A stretch of 64,000 nucleotides of DNA, from assembly GCF_009914755.1 (NCBI RefSeq), contig NC_060926.1. One strand, given 5' to 3'. Both the position numbers and the translations under genes were made by a program. This DNA comes from the human T2T-CHM13v2.0 reference genome, Homo sapiens. The notes beneath the pieces are model-generated. The model saw only the letters and a program-made list of their open reading frames with translations. It had not been told where the DNA came from and ran no database searches. This document shows positions 27,360 to 44,435 of the stretch, piece by piece; within the stretch, counting starts at the first letter, position 1; the number at the start of each line of letters is the position of its first letter.

Positions 27360-30300
27360 TCATAGCATTATTAGTGATAGCCCCAAACTGGGAATATTCT
27401 AAATACAAATCAAGAGTAATTTGAATAAATAAAATGAGGTAGGTGCATACAATTAAATACTATGGATGAATGAAAATATAAAAGCTGCTACTACATCCAT
27501 GAATGTGGGTGTATCTTACTAGCATAATAATGCGCAAAAGACGTTAGAAATAAAAAGCTCACTATCCATGATTCCTTTTTATATAGTTCAAAAACCGCCA
27601 TCACTAAATCAATGTTACTGAAAGTGAGATTTAAATTTGCATTGGAGAAGAGTGGGGCTAATGTTTGGGAGGAGACAGAAGGTGCTTCTAGGAGACCGGG
27701 AGTGTTCTGCTTTGGTACGGTTGTTATACAGTGTGTTCAATCTCTGAAAAATTTATTAAAACCTGCATTATAATTTGTGAGTGCATATACACATGTTGAG
27801 ATTTGTGAATATACATGTATGGGTAAGTTTTATCTTATCAAAAGTTTATTTTAAAAAAGTTATGAAGCATAATGTTATTTGCACCAATCAATGCATCCTA
27901 ACTTCTTTCCTTATCTAATCAAATTATATTTAATTATAATCTGTATTCATTTTCACATTCCATCTGTGAAACCAGGGCACCAAATGTAAGGAAGCCCAGG
28001 GTTTACAAGGTTACCACACTCTTAGTGTCATCAGGAACACATGAGTCACTATAATCTCTTTTATTTTTTTGTCCTGGAAAGCATCAAAATTCTAAGCTAC
28101 TCAAAATGTATTGCATTTTAATGATGGTTCCTATTTACCCTAAATGTACGAATCCAATTAAGTCAATATTTGTAGAATCAGAACAATTTGCTTCAATGTG
28201 TTTTTCACTTTTATTTATTCACTGAAGACACTGGTAATTTTACACTATAAAAAGTGAAATAAAAACATACACAAAATTATACTTGCTATATCCTTCAGTA
28301 AAGATGAGATGACTAAAACCCAGATAGATTTGTTGATAGGAATTATTCAAGATCATCCAGCTAGTTGAAGAGCATCACTTAGAATTCTGGTGACCCCTTT
28401 TTAGGACAAAGCTGTTCCTAAATAATTCTAAAGATGTGCCAGTAACTTGCTAAGAACATTGAAGTACAAGTTTTTGTGTAGATATATGTTTTCCTTTTTC
28501 TTGGGTCCACACTTAAGAGCTTCCTGGATCATGTGGTAACTCTATGTTTAACCACTTGAATTGCAGACTGTTTTCCAAACCTGCTGCACCATTTTTCATT
28601 TCCACCAGCAGTGCAAAGATTCTATTTTATTGCCAACCTATGCAATGAGAAGAAAAACCTCTGAGTGAGGAGGTATTTAGAAGAACTAGAATATATCCAG
28701 ATGTAAGAAAATAAATCCAAGGTAGCTTAGAGATGCCCATTAAATAGTTTTTAAATTTTTCCTAGTCTTCCCAAACCTGGTTACATGTTTTTACTACCTG
28801 GTGGATGGCACTCACTCGCAATGGTGTTTAGAGTTGGGAATGGACTCAGGAAGTGGAAAAGTTCCTTCAGACAAGGAAGAACTGGTTCAAGACACAAACT
28901 AAGGAGTGCTAATCGGAATGAAAGACGGGGATCTGAGGAAAGTGAAGTGAAAATTTCCTTTAGGAAGGAGGTAACATTTAAGCAGAATGCCTTGTTCTTT
29001 AGGTAGTGTGTCTGTCCTTAGGATCTTGTGTTCTGGACTAGTGCCTGACATAAAAGGACTGAGCACTGACATCTCTTTCTCTCACTAATTAACTTTTTGT
29101 GTCAGTTGTTGTAATTCCTTATATAGAGTAGAATGATCTCGAAAGGTTAGATGTTTTATTTAAAAAAAATTAATAAATGACCACCGTGAGTGAATCCTAA
29201 ACAAGATAGAATGGGAATAAACTGAAAGAACAAAATATAAACGTATATGTCATATTTGCTTTTTGTTATGCCTATATAAATCTATAATTTTAAATTTTGA
29301 AGTCAAGGAAAATACTGGTTATTAAATTTTATCATCTATTAAACCAGTATGATGGTAAAACTTGTTATTGCCCTTCAATTATGATTCCTAATTTTGCATG
29401 AGTAATATTGTCGTTGTTATAGTCAGATTATTACAATTAAATTGCGTTGCATTATATGCCTTATATTTGAGGAATTTTTCCTATGGAATGACTTTGCATT
29501 TATCAACACATTTTTAACTTAGGTAGATTAACTTATAGGTTTTGTTGATTTTTATCCTCACCAACATTCTTTTACAATCACAAACCACAGCTTCCTCTTC
29601 TTGAGCAACCGACTTTACTTCATCTCTTTATCAGCTGTAATACATTTTTCAAGGGTTTCTAGTTTCATAAATCCTTATGCATATCATAATTTACTTGTTT
29701 CAAATTAAAAATTTTCTTCATATTTTATTTCCCTAGTTCAATAGAAAATGCATGCAGTATAATTTCTTTTATAAAAACTTTGCACATTTTCAAATATAAT
29801 TACATTGATTACTGGGAGTTCATTTTGCAGGCCAGGACTCTGAAGCAAGCCTGACATTTATCTTTGAAAAAAATAACCCTTACATTCTTTGAATTTGTAT
29901 TTTATTATGAAATATATGTGTTTTCTCATTTTATAAATGTTTGAATACAATTGTGTGACTCCATTGAATTTACACTCATTAGTAGTTAACAGACATGGAA
30001 ATTTTATTTCAGATTACATTTCTTCTTACTGGTTCTTTTCTAAGGACTCATTTCTTCCTCAGGAAAATGTTTAATTCTCAGGTTTAACTTTCTACTCTGT
30101 TTTTCTGTCTGAGCTCTCTCTTTATTATCTAATGTCATGATTCTCTCCTTTGAAAAACAAAAGTGCTACTCTAGTTTGCCTTCCATATCACTGTTTTGAT
30201 CAATTGCAGTGCCAATTCTGCTATATTGTCTTGAATATTGGGTTTTGTTTTTAATGATGCAGTTTGTTTTATTTTTCTTATATTGCAGCAGAGTTTAAGG

Positions 30301-32614
30301 AACTATGCTTACATTTTCGATAATTACATATTTTGTGCTATTTTTCATCCTAGGTTATATATTTTTCTTTATTTTATTGATTATGCAAAACATAATGTAG
30401 AAATGTTCTGGAGTCCACAAGAGTGTTTTTTTTTTTACTTAACTTTTCTCTTTATTTTTTTTACAACATCTTCTTTTCCTCCTTTCAATTCCTCCTTCCT
30501 CCCTTTCATTTTTCTTTTTCTATTATCTTTTTTAATGGGCCTCAACTTTATTAACTGATTGCAAGGAATAATAATCAATGATGGTTAATAACACAATTAT
30601 AATGTTGGTCCATAATGCACTTTTATTATTAGTCCATTATGGTTCTTATTTATTTATTCATATTTTTAGCACTCACTAATTCATTCATTAATATTAGTAA
30701 TATAATAAATTCATGTTACTATCCTGCAAAACAACCACTTAAGATATCAACATATCCAGTTTGAGGTTCTCCACAATCTCTTAAACATATTATTTCCCAC
30801 CACCATCAAGTTAATCAAAATTTTCAATTCAATATTCTTTATCAATGTAGTTTATTTCTTCTACATGTATTCCTTTAAAAAGCTGTTTATTTCTTTTAAA
30901 CATTATAAAAAGGATGTCATACTAGTGAAGTCTAATTTATTAATTTCTTTCTTTATGCTAGATATTTTGTTTATTTTCTCTAAGAATTTTTTTTTATCTC
31001 TAGGGTCATGAAATATGCTTCTATACCCTTTTGTAGAGGATTTACTCTTGGGCCTTTCATATTTATATTTACAATTTATTGATGATTAATATTTGTATAT
31101 GGAATAGAATTAAGATTCATTTTCATATAATACAGATACTGAATTGATCCAGTATGATTAATTTATTTTACTTCTACTACTTTGAAGTAGCACTTTTATT
31201 GTAAATCAAATGACTACGCATGGGTGGAGCAGTTTCTGGATTCTCAAACTGATTGAACTGGCTAATTTGTTTGACACTTCACTGATACCATATATTTTAA
31301 TTCCTGTAACTTACAGGCTTTGGTATTGTGTAGTATTAGTCCTCCAACATTTTTTATCTTAGCAAGACTGTCTTGGTTACTTTTTGCATTTTGAATGTTC
31401 ATATATATTTAAGTAATGTCTTTTCAATTGCAACAATAATTCTCTGAGATTTTTTATTGTGAATGTTTTCAACAAATTTAGGGAGAATATACACTATTAA
31501 GTCTCCCAATTCATGAGCATGGTGCAACCTTCCATTTATTGGAGTTTTCTTTATTTTTATCCAACTGCATTTTGTACATTTCTGTTTGGTTTTGTTGAAC
31601 ATATTTTATGTGACTTTTTATTTGGGCATATTGTTAAAGAAAAATTGCCAAAGTAATATAAGAACTCCAATGTATACGTTACCCAAATTCATTTAGTAAC
31701 CATAGATGACTTTCTACTTCCAAATTCTTTCTATATTTATGAGTTGGCATCTAGTTACTACTGATTCAGAACAAATCACCCAAAACTTAATGACACATTA
31801 CAATTGACATCATTATACTATTATCTTTGTAGTTGTTAGGTGTTTCCTGGGCTGACCAAGATTTCTGCTTGGGATTTCTTACATGGATGTAGTCAGATAG
31901 CAGCTGGGGATGGAGTCATATAAAAGGTGGCCAATTCAGGCTATAGGATGAGTCCTCAGCTGAGGCTGTGAATCTCTACATGCTCCTGCTTGGCTTCTTG
32001 TACACTTCCTCGAAGAGTACCAGACAGATGTTTTATAACCTCTTATGACTTACTATAGCCTCAGAAGACACATAGTGTTACTTCTATCACAATTATAGGT
32101 TCACTAAGATTCCAAAGGGGGAAAAGTATGCTAATATGTCCAATAGGGAAATTATCAACATCACACTATTAGAGGAACTAATAAGATGGAAGATCTTGTG
32201 ACTATCTTGGAGTATCCAGTTGGCAACTCTCTACGCTTGTTTAAATCAATCTACATTTTTACTGTATGCAACATATACTAATTTTCATCTGCAACATCTA
32301 CAAGTATTTCCCATGATGGTGGTAAGTTAAAGTTCAAGATCTCCTCATCTAGATCAGACTCTGTGCAGTTGAGCCTCTTTGCCCATAGTTCCTAAATAGC
32401 ACCTGTCCCCCTATCCCACTCAAGACTTGTGAACAATGATGAGACAGGACTAGGATGCACATACTTGACAGACAATGCTGTAGATACTCCCTTTCAGGAA
32501 GAAGGCACTCAGCAGTCAAAATTCCACAGAGCATAAAGCCACAGCTTCCTTTCAGGGCTTCCTGCTTCAAATGCCTGTGTTTTTTAAATTTTTTTTCCCT
32601 CAAACTGTACTTTT

Positions 32615-34557
<1,943 letters not shown>

Positions 34558-35311
34558 TCAAGCAACTTCATCAAATCAAACAACAAATAATGAGTTTTTA
34601 GCAGTGTCTTCTATGTTGATCAAAACTCTCATTATCCTTTGAGGCAGTTTAATGTAAACTTTCTTCATTAATTCTTTGTGTTTTCACTTTATTATGAATT
34701 TTTTTTCTTGAATTTACACTGTAAGGCATGGATTTTTTATTTTCAGTTATAGTCGGTATGGCTTTTGTATAAAATTCTCCACATTCTTCTTTTACTTTGC
34801 TTCCCTCAACTCTAAATCCCCAAATTCTGTTAGTATGGTAACTGACCTCATAATCTTGATCCATTTTGTATGGAACATTCCCAGGTTAGGTTCATACCAA
34901 GAAAATGACTCTGTATTCAAGCCACTTGAATTAATAGCTGTATCAGTGATTATTATTTATGATGACCATGGTCTTATAAGGTTCATATAACATGCTTGTG
35001 GTCACTTGCATTAGTCATCATCAGAACAAGACCAGCTGCAGCTGAGGACTGAGGAAATGTTGTGGTGATTTGGAGTATTATTAAGCGAGGGGTTCCACAT
35101 AGTCCCTCTACAGACTGAAGACACTGGGGAAGGAGCATCCGTGTGTGTGTGACAGCTGTGAAATAATCTGTTCTGGAACAAGAAGCTCCAAAATATCACA
35201 GCCTGGGATGACTTTGTGTGCTTTCCATAGAGCATTTGGCTACATATCAAAGCCGTTATTAGTGGGCTGTTCCCTGGCTCAGGGCAGGTGTCTGCCTCAG
35301 CCATGTACATA

Positions 35312-36011
35312 ATGGACATAAGGAGCTCAACTCTTCTGTCTCCTGCTGCCTGATCCCAGATGAGGAAAAGGATTATGAGGAGGTGCCACATGATGGTGAA
35401 ATTTGCTTTCTTCTCATTGTAAGTTGAATCTTTAGTACCTTTTTTGGTCTGTGACATTTGATTTCTCATGGAGCACTCACAGTGTTGAGTAACATGATAA
35501 GCTCATAGAGTGGGATGTGTTTAACCTCACTGACATTTGTGCTTATGTGATTTTTTCAAAAAAATTCAGATGTCAATGAGAATATTGTGCCGCCTCAGTT
35601 TTATTTATTTTTATTTTTTTAACTTTTGTTTTAGGTTCAGGGATATATGTGAAGTTTTGTTACATAACTGAACTTGTGCCATGGGGGTTCCTTGTACAGA
35701 TTACTTTGTCACCCAGGTATTATTCCCAGTGCCCAATAGTTATCTTTTCTGCTCCTTTCCTTTCTTCCACCCTCCACCCTCAGGTAGACCCCAGTGTGTA
35801 TTGTTCCCTTATTTGTGTTCATGAGTTCTCAATTTTCAAGTTCTGGACAAAGGTTGAGGGAAGCAAGCCACTATCCAGAACCCTAGTGTCTCTGCATGGT
35901 TGAGTGACCACGAGTCTGAGGTAGATTTTGCTCCCACAATCAGCAGCCTGAAGCCTGAAGATGCAGGGTACTGTTACTGTCAACAACATCAAATCTTGCC
36001 TCTCTCATGTG
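35312..36011 (+). pseudogene. Vkappa relic D (paralog of relic B), interrupted by an L1 fragment
   Basis: CAGCTGTG and CTTTCCAT promoter remnants; V1-like leader ATGGACATAAGG..CTGATCCCAG with donor GT->AT; exon from 35570 (NIVPPQ); antisense L1 3' piece ~35599-35825; ..ISSLKPEDAGYCYCQQHQILP. Confidence 0.8.
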
Positions 36012-37172
36012 ACGAAACTGAGCAAAGGCAGTGCAATGATCCAGCAGTGTTATCTTGTTCAAGTTACTCATACATAATTGATGAAATCAGGTAGAAAGCT
36101 CAGTGAAAGAGATTTTGAAATATTAGTTTCTGTGATAACAGAACACACAGATTGTAATCACATATCATTGGTTGGAATTTTGTCTCTTACACTTAATATA
36201 TGTGTAAATTTGGCAAATGACTTAAACACTTTTACCTTGTTTTTTTATCTCTAATAAAGGAAAATAAAGAAGTAACTATACCATAAGACTATTATAATAA
36301 TTAAGTAATTGAATACTTATAAAATGTTTATAACTTTCAAATGTATTAAACACTAAATAATTACTAATAATCATTATAATTTTGCTACATCTCTTAATTA
36401 TGTAGATCCAGTGTTTCCCCAAATACTGTTTTCTTTGACGTTATTTACAAAATTATGATTTTTCCCCTAAAACTCCCACTATGTTAAATAGCAGATAAAT
36501 TTATTTCATGCCAAGCTGCTAAAAACAGATATAAAAAGCTGGACAAAATATAAAAAGCTGATACTCTAAGGTACCATGTACCTTCGAATAAGTGCTATGT
36601 AATAAGCATCTGACTCCATTTTTGATGTTTGATCAGTGACAGCTTTCAATCACCACCTCCCACTTTCCCTTCCACCACATATTTGTGCAACTGCCTGCAG
36701 GACAGTCAAACCTCATAGATCCTCAGCAATGCAAGATAGCATATCTCCAGTCCAACTATAAAAACTCAGCCCTCTGTGTAACTCGAGCCAGCTTATACCA
36801 GCTTGTGCATATCCTGCTTTCCCCCAGATTCCCTTGTGTGAGTTAGAAAATTTCTCCCAAATTCTCTTGTACATGGAGTGTCAACAGCTTCACCATAATA
36901 TCTACTAATTAGAAAAGATCCATCTCACCTCCGTGGGTGACCACAAAATATGCCAAGAGAGCAAGTATTTGATGAATCAAGAAAATAAGGTAAGCTTTTA
37001 TGAACTGAATATTTGTGTCCCCTCAAAATTCACCAGTTGAAGCCCTAACTCCATGTGCGAGTATATTTGGAGGTAGCTCTAAGAAACTAACAGTCAAATG
37101 AGGCCATAAGGTTGAGATTCTGATCTGATTCAATTAGTGTCTTTATTAAAAAAAAAAAAAAAAAGGAGAGAT

Positions 37173-38090
<918 letters not shown>

Positions 38091-38607
38091 TCACAACAAT
38101 CAAAAGACAAAATCCCATTGATTAGTCACAGCAGGAATTAAAAACTTAGAAAAATATCTATTTTGAGAAATAAGTACCATGTTGATATAGCCACATATTC
38201 TTCAACTTAGTCCCTAGGATTTCAGATTCTTGGAAATCATGTCTCAACTGTGTGCATCCTAGTATGGCACCAATAGCATCTCAACCTCCCACTTTAGAAG
38301 TAGCTCAATCAATTCTAAACTTTTTCATTTAGTTTCTGAAATATTCTAAGTGATGCGTAGGACTATATATTTGTCCAAATTACTCAGGAACATCCATCCA
38401 CTGGTGGGTACCACTATGTTTTAATAGACACCAGTCCTCTCTTCCTTCCTTCACGTCATCAACATTCCAGTGTTGAATGGCCATGATGGAAATATTTGAC
38501 ATTTAAGAGTGAGCATAATTTATTTAATCAGTATTCTCTATTGGAGAGCAGGCTTTAAGTAGAACTGAATTCTGAAAAAAATAAATAAGTAAAAAGAGAA
38601 TCAGATA

Positions 38608-38980
38608 GTGTCTGAGTTCTTTCATGCAACTATAACAAACTCACAGACTGGGAAATTTATAAACAATAAATATTTATTTCTCACAGTTCTGGAGTTCAGA
38701 ACTCTAGGATCAAGATGCTAACAGATTCAGTGTCGGTGAAGCTGTCTGGTGGAGCCAGAAAAGGCAAAGGAGACAAATTGAATCTTGCATCTGCACATGG
38801 CAACAGAGATGGAAGGGCCAGGCAGCTCTCTGAAATCTTCTATATAAGGCCATTAATCCCATTTATTAAGGGCAGAGCCCATGACTTAATCACTTCCCAA
38901 GGGGTTCTACCTTTTAATATCAACTTAGGCTTTAAATTCCAACATTAAGTTTGGAACATCACAAACATCTAAACCATAGC
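38608..38980 (-). mobile_element. MaLR LTR (MST/MLT1A type)
   Basis: TGTCTGAGT..TATTTATTTCTCACAGTTCTGGAG..TAAACCATAGCA. Confidence 0.7.
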
Positions 38981-40244
38981 AGATGGGACTAGACAATTCC
39001 TAACAAAGTCAGCACATAACCATATAGGAGGAGTGACAAAAGCAGCTGCCTTGGTTACCTTTGACCAAGACTTTCTTACAAAAAGGGTTCCTTAGCAATA
39101 TTCATTTATCAACACCAGTGATGACATGTTGATACTGTGTAACTCTTGATAGGATGTACTGAAGACACATCCCTGCTGTAATATTCTTGCCAAAAATGAA
39201 AAATCTGACTTTAATCAATAGAAAATACCAAACAATAGAACTTAAGGGACATTCTGAAAAATAACCAGCCAGCATAAATCAAAAGTTTCAAGGTATTTCA
39301 AAACAAAGACTAAAAAGCTGTCAGAGATTGAAGGAAATTAAGAAAGCATGAAAACTGAATGCAATATGGGATCCAGAAATTTTATCCTAAAACATTAAAA
39401 GTAAAAATGGTAAATACATGTATCAGTGGAAAGCTCAGTGAAATTCAAATGTAGATTGTAACTTCGTTAATAATAGTGGATTAACCATTAATGTTAAAGC
39501 TATTTGAAGTACTAGAAAAATCAGTTTAAAATGATTTTATATTCAGCAAAACTATCCTTAAAGAAAAGAAAAGAAGCCGTGACTAGCATATATGTCCTAT
39601 AAGAAACTCAGGAAGAAATCCTTCAGAATTCAGAATCACAGTAAATGACAATGAACAGTAATTTAAATCCATGAAATTAAATGAAAGCTTCATAAATATA
39701 CTTACCTCAACTCATATGTTGTTGATGTTCACGAAAACTGAATCTTTGTGATAGATATCAGAGTTGCAGTTCCCTTGGTAGGTTAGAGGCAGAAGCTATT
39801 GACTAGAAAGGTGAATGAAGGCAGCATGTGGAGAATTTCAAATCATTCATATTTGTATCTGGGTAGTGAATGTGAGTACTTTATTTGGTTGAGCAGTGAA
39901 CATGTTTGCACTTTACTCAGGGCACAATTTATTTTGATTTATAAAATTAACAGCAAACCAAGACCCTTTCAACACACATGAAGAAAAAAATAAGAAGCAC
40001 CAAATATTTACAGAAACTCAGCCGTATTAAAGAGAAGTGTAACAAGCACTGGGAAAATACTAGGAAGTAAAAAAATTGACAGTAAACACAGTAAACATAG
40101 AAATATATCCTGTCCCAATCAGGCTGCATAGATTGTTATTTCTGCCAGTTTTTTCTCAAGCATACAAAATATGTTGTTCATAGGAAAGGCCCCCATACCC
40201 CTGCACATATCATGTTATTTCTACACCACTGCACCCACCAGGGG

Positions 40245-40252
40245 ATTTGCAT
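40245..40252 (+). promoter_or_regulatory. IGKV2D-24 octamer
   Basis: ATTTGCAT about 100 nt before the ATG. Confidence 0.9.
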
Positions 40253-40351
40253 ATTGTCCCCCAGGGAGGACCTTCCCTTGCAAGTCTGAGATAAAAGCTC
40301 AGCACCAACCTTGACTTGACTAATTAGGACTCCTCAGGTCACCTTCTCACA

Positions 40352-41156
40352 ATGAGGCTCCTTGCTCAGCTTCTGGGGCTGCTAGTGCTCTGGGTCCCTG
40401 GTGAGGACAGAAGAGAGATGAGGGAGGAGAATGGGGTGGGAGGGTGAACTCTGGGGGCCCCATTGCCTCCCATGTGTGTTCTGTCCTCATGTTAGATGTG
40501 TACGTCTTGTACTCCAGGATGGGGCTTGTAACTTTTATATCTGCGTGAGTAAGGCATGTGAGGTTTAGATCTGTAAGAATGAGGAAGATTCCAGAAGGAA
40601 CAAAGACCAGTGCTCCGGTGAAGACTCTAACAGAGAAAGAGGGAATGGTAGAGGAAACTTCTAGCACTCAAAGCACTCTGCTGTGCTTTGAAAATATGTT
40701 TTTATTTTGAAATTATATATTACTAGGGTCTGAATCAAATTATAAAAATTGATTTAGCCTGAAATAAATAACAGAAGAAAAATTATTTTAAAATTGTGCT
40801 TAAAGTTTCTACATAACCTTGCACTTCTCTCTCATTATTTCAGGATCCAGTGGGGATATTGTGATGACCCAGACTCCACTCTCCTCGCCTGTCACCCTTG
40901 GACAGCCGGCCTCCATCTCCTTCAGGTCTAGTCAAAGCCTCGTACACAGTGATGGAAACACCTACTTGAGTTGGCTTCAGCAGAGGCCAGGCCAGCCTCC
41001 AAGACTCCTAATTTATAAGGTTTCTAACCGGTTCTCTGGGGTCCCAGACAGATTCAGTGGCAGTGGGGCAGGGACAGATTTCACACTGAAAATCAGCAGG
41101 GTGGAAGCTGAGGATGTCGGGGTTTATTACTGCACGCAAGCTACACAATTTCCTCA
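40352..41156 (+). CDS. IGKV2D-24: Ig kappa V2 ORF lacking 1st-Cys (exons 40352-40400 and 40844-41156)
   Basis: [16 protein letters not shown] / [44 protein letters not shown]...[10 protein letters not shown]; TTC (Phe) at 40921-40923 replaces Cys23. Confidence 0.92.
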
Positions 41157-41184
41157 CACAGTGGTACAGCCCTGAACAAAAACC
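41157..41184 (+). other. 12-RSS of IGKV2D-24 (consensus heptamer and nonamer)
   Basis: CACAGTG + GTACAGCCCTGA + ACAAAAACC. Confidence 0.97.
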
Positions 41185-43457
41185 TCCCGCTGGAGTGGCC
41201 CAGCTGCTCAAGTGTGTTGTTTCTCTGGGGAGCAGTTGAACAGAATCTCTATCTGTATGAGATAAACATGTTGGAGAACTCAGGGCAACAGGTTGCATCT
41301 GAGGGTTCTGTCCCATGGGTGCCTCAGTTGTACGTCAGGCAAAACCTGTTCACAGCCCTGTCAGCTGCAACAGCCTTGGCATGGCATAAGCCATAGGAAA
41401 CCAGAGGTGATCCCAGTGCCTGCACAGGTAATAGACTGCCCTGAGGGAGAGCTTAAGAAAATCCTATTCCAATCTTCCCTGCCTTGCCTGCATTGGGAAA
41501 TAAGACTTAAAGAGGTAAATAACCAGACAAGTAACCCAGATTTGTTGCAACACTTGAATATATCTTGAGGTTTAGCAATTTAAAGTCTATATTTAGGAGG
41601 ATAATATGTGGTAATATCCCAAAATTGAACTTTTCAACTTTCCTAACTTCTTATTTTTCTCTTTCACCACCTATCTTCCCACCACATATTGATGGTGGAA
41701 AGAGCCTTCCGCACAAGCTGTCATCATGAGGAGCTGGATGAGGGTAATTAGTGAAAATCTTGGATTTCAGCCTCAGAATGGACTTTTGTAAATTGGTGAG
41801 AGATAGAAAATATGAATGCTAAAATTATTTTATTCGCTTCAATTGTGTCTTGCTGACAGAAAAGGATAGTTTTTGAAATTTCAGAAGTTGAGTTTCATAA
41901 ACAGAAACTTAAACTAGAAGACATAGGTTATAGAATTTACCTCATAGAACACTGAAATAACACAGAATGATGTGCGATTTCTTTCCCCAAAATGTAAGAG
42001 TTTGAAGACAGTGGGCCGACTTCAAGAATGGGAGAATTAATGGAAGATAGTGGAGGTCAACTATGGCCCAATAACCTGCTCTTTGACTTACATTAGGTAC
42101 AGTTGTGGATGACAGTGACTGTTGGGGGTTGGTGATATAAACTCAGAAAGGAGCCCAAATGTCTTTCTTATGAAGAATCACAGAGGAGAAAGTATCACTC
42201 CCTGGCTCCATGGGTTGAGCCTGCACCACTGCAAGTTTCAAGGAAAAGTAGTTCATCAAGAATGATCTTTTAGTTCTGCAATCATCAAATGTTTATTGAA
42301 GTTCCTGTGCAAATAGACCTGAGGTTCTGTGACTTAGTCACAGTCAAACTAAAACAACCCAGCAGATGCCATGTGGTTGGGTTTGAGAACACAAATCATG
42401 CAGTGGCATGCTAACCTGAAGTCCCAATAGAGTCTACATCAATTGGGGAGCAGTGGCAATGATGACCAATATATCCATGATTCAGACATGTATTATGAAT
42501 GGTCTGCGCAGAATTTATCAACAACAAAAACTCCATGAATCCTCTGTATGGGGAGTTTCTGTCTTTCTAGACCAGCACCCAAAGACTGCACATGTCATCA
42601 AACCACAGCCAATGTTCCATGGAGAACACTATCTGTGAGTTGAGGCTGCATTGTGCAACCAAAGAGGCACAGCCAGATTCTCCTTTCACAGATGAGTTTC
42701 TCTGCCTGTGCCAAAGCAGAACTTGGGTCCAAATGCCAACCTGGCAAATATGGCAGGAGAACAAAAAGTCAGGTAAGCATCAGCTCAATTAGAGAGGATT
42801 TCCTCACCCTGGAATTTTAGATTACCTAGGCCTTATTCTGTCCACTGTTCTCTGATGTTATAATTTCATAAATTTTGTATTTTTTGTACCTTTTGCAGCA
42901 GTTGCTTTAGGGCTTTTAACCACAATGTTATTGTACCTGGGAGTGGAGATAACTTTTTCAACTAAATAATGTTTTAGAAATGACAATTTTGGTATTCAAT
43001 TGTCATGAAAAGAATAAATGGTTTTCAATATATAAGTACATGCATCGTTTTCACACAATGTAGTCATTACATGAAAATGAACCTCATTCCTACCTTCTAG
43101 TAGTAATTGTATAGAAAATATATAGCTTGCATAGATGACACTTAAAATAATGCCCTAAAAGTATTTCTAAACTAATCATGACATGATATGATCAAAGTAA
43201 AGGGGCATTTGAATCAGCAGGACAACATACTCTTTTCCTTGTTAAGGAAGTAAACCATATTAGAAATGACTGTATATTCCAAGATAATGCATTCTGTGGT
43301 GAGGGAAGTTAAAATCCAATTTTTGAGGAGAGAAATCCAGAAAAAAATGGATTATGGCAAGACGTTTGTAACATAGGCAAAGAATGACAATCCTTCAAAG
43401 TATTTTTCTGCACATATTCAAAAGTGGAGACACACATGCAGTCAAAATTTTAATGAT

Positions 43458-43563
43458 TACATACTCACAATCACTTCTGTGGGGCCTGGAGATACTGCAC
43501 ATACGACTGTTAGCAAGACACTCACTGGGACGCTGCGTTGTGTGATGGCCCCACATACAAACC
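43458..43563 (+). pseudogene. Vkappa relic E: FR3-CDR3-RSS fragment related to relic C
   Basis: ATACTCACAATCACTTCTGTGGGGCCTGGAGATACTGCA..ACTCACTGGGAC; CGTTGTG-12-ATACAAACC at 43536-43563. Confidence 0.8.
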
Positions 43564-44435
43564 TCAAGGAGGCTCAGCCTCTCAATGCAGCAGGAGCAGC
43601 TGGGGTACCCAGGCCACACGTCCATACCAGGTGGGCTCAGTTAGAGATGGCTGGAGAGCCTTCCAGGAAGAGGCCATGAGGTTTCAGTCACAAACACTGG
43701 CTCCTCTTCTGTGTAAACAGGGGCTAGAGCCCTCCAGGACAATTCCTAGAGCCTCTCCCTTTCTCTCCAATTAGTGCGCTGACACCCTACAGACTCTCCA
43801 GGAAGTGGTTGTCATGTCCTCCCTGCAACAGCCACTAAAGTTCCCTACTGCTGTCATGAATGCAGGGACACTTAGTCACATCACTGGGAGGCGACCCTAG
43901 TGTATCCTGACCTCACCTGCTGCCACTGATGACTTTCAGGGCACCTCTTTCTCCCTTTGCTGAGTGACTCTCACTCTCACCAACCATCAGGAGAATGGAA
44001 AGCTGCCTGCAATGCATGATGTTGGCTGTTGAGCAAATCAAAGCTCACAGGAGTCTCAAACATGTACACCACATAATAATATTTTCTGATAATACTATTT
44101 GGACTTTTCTTCCTTTCAATTCTGGAAGTAATTGAGAATATTTTTTGAACTCTTAGAAACACTTAGTATATATGTGTAGTAGGTAGTAACTAGTTTTGTC
44201 TACTGGTTTATTTTGTTTGCTTGTTTCAGGCCATGATGCGGCATGTTAAAATACTGAAGACAAAGATACATTTTAGAATTAAGCATACTGTACATTGGCT
44301 CTTTCCACACCACTGCAACCACCAGGGGATGTGCATATTGTCCCTTAGGAATGAACTTCCCTTGTGAGTCTGGGAGAAAAGCTCAGCTGTAACCTTGCCT
44401 TAACTGATCAGGACTCCTCAGTTCACCTTCTCACA

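Noticed and set aside
40945-40951. Internal CACAGTG in IGKV2D-24 CDR1
   Set aside because: No nonamer at 12 or 23 spacing; arises from the His-Ser-Asp codons.
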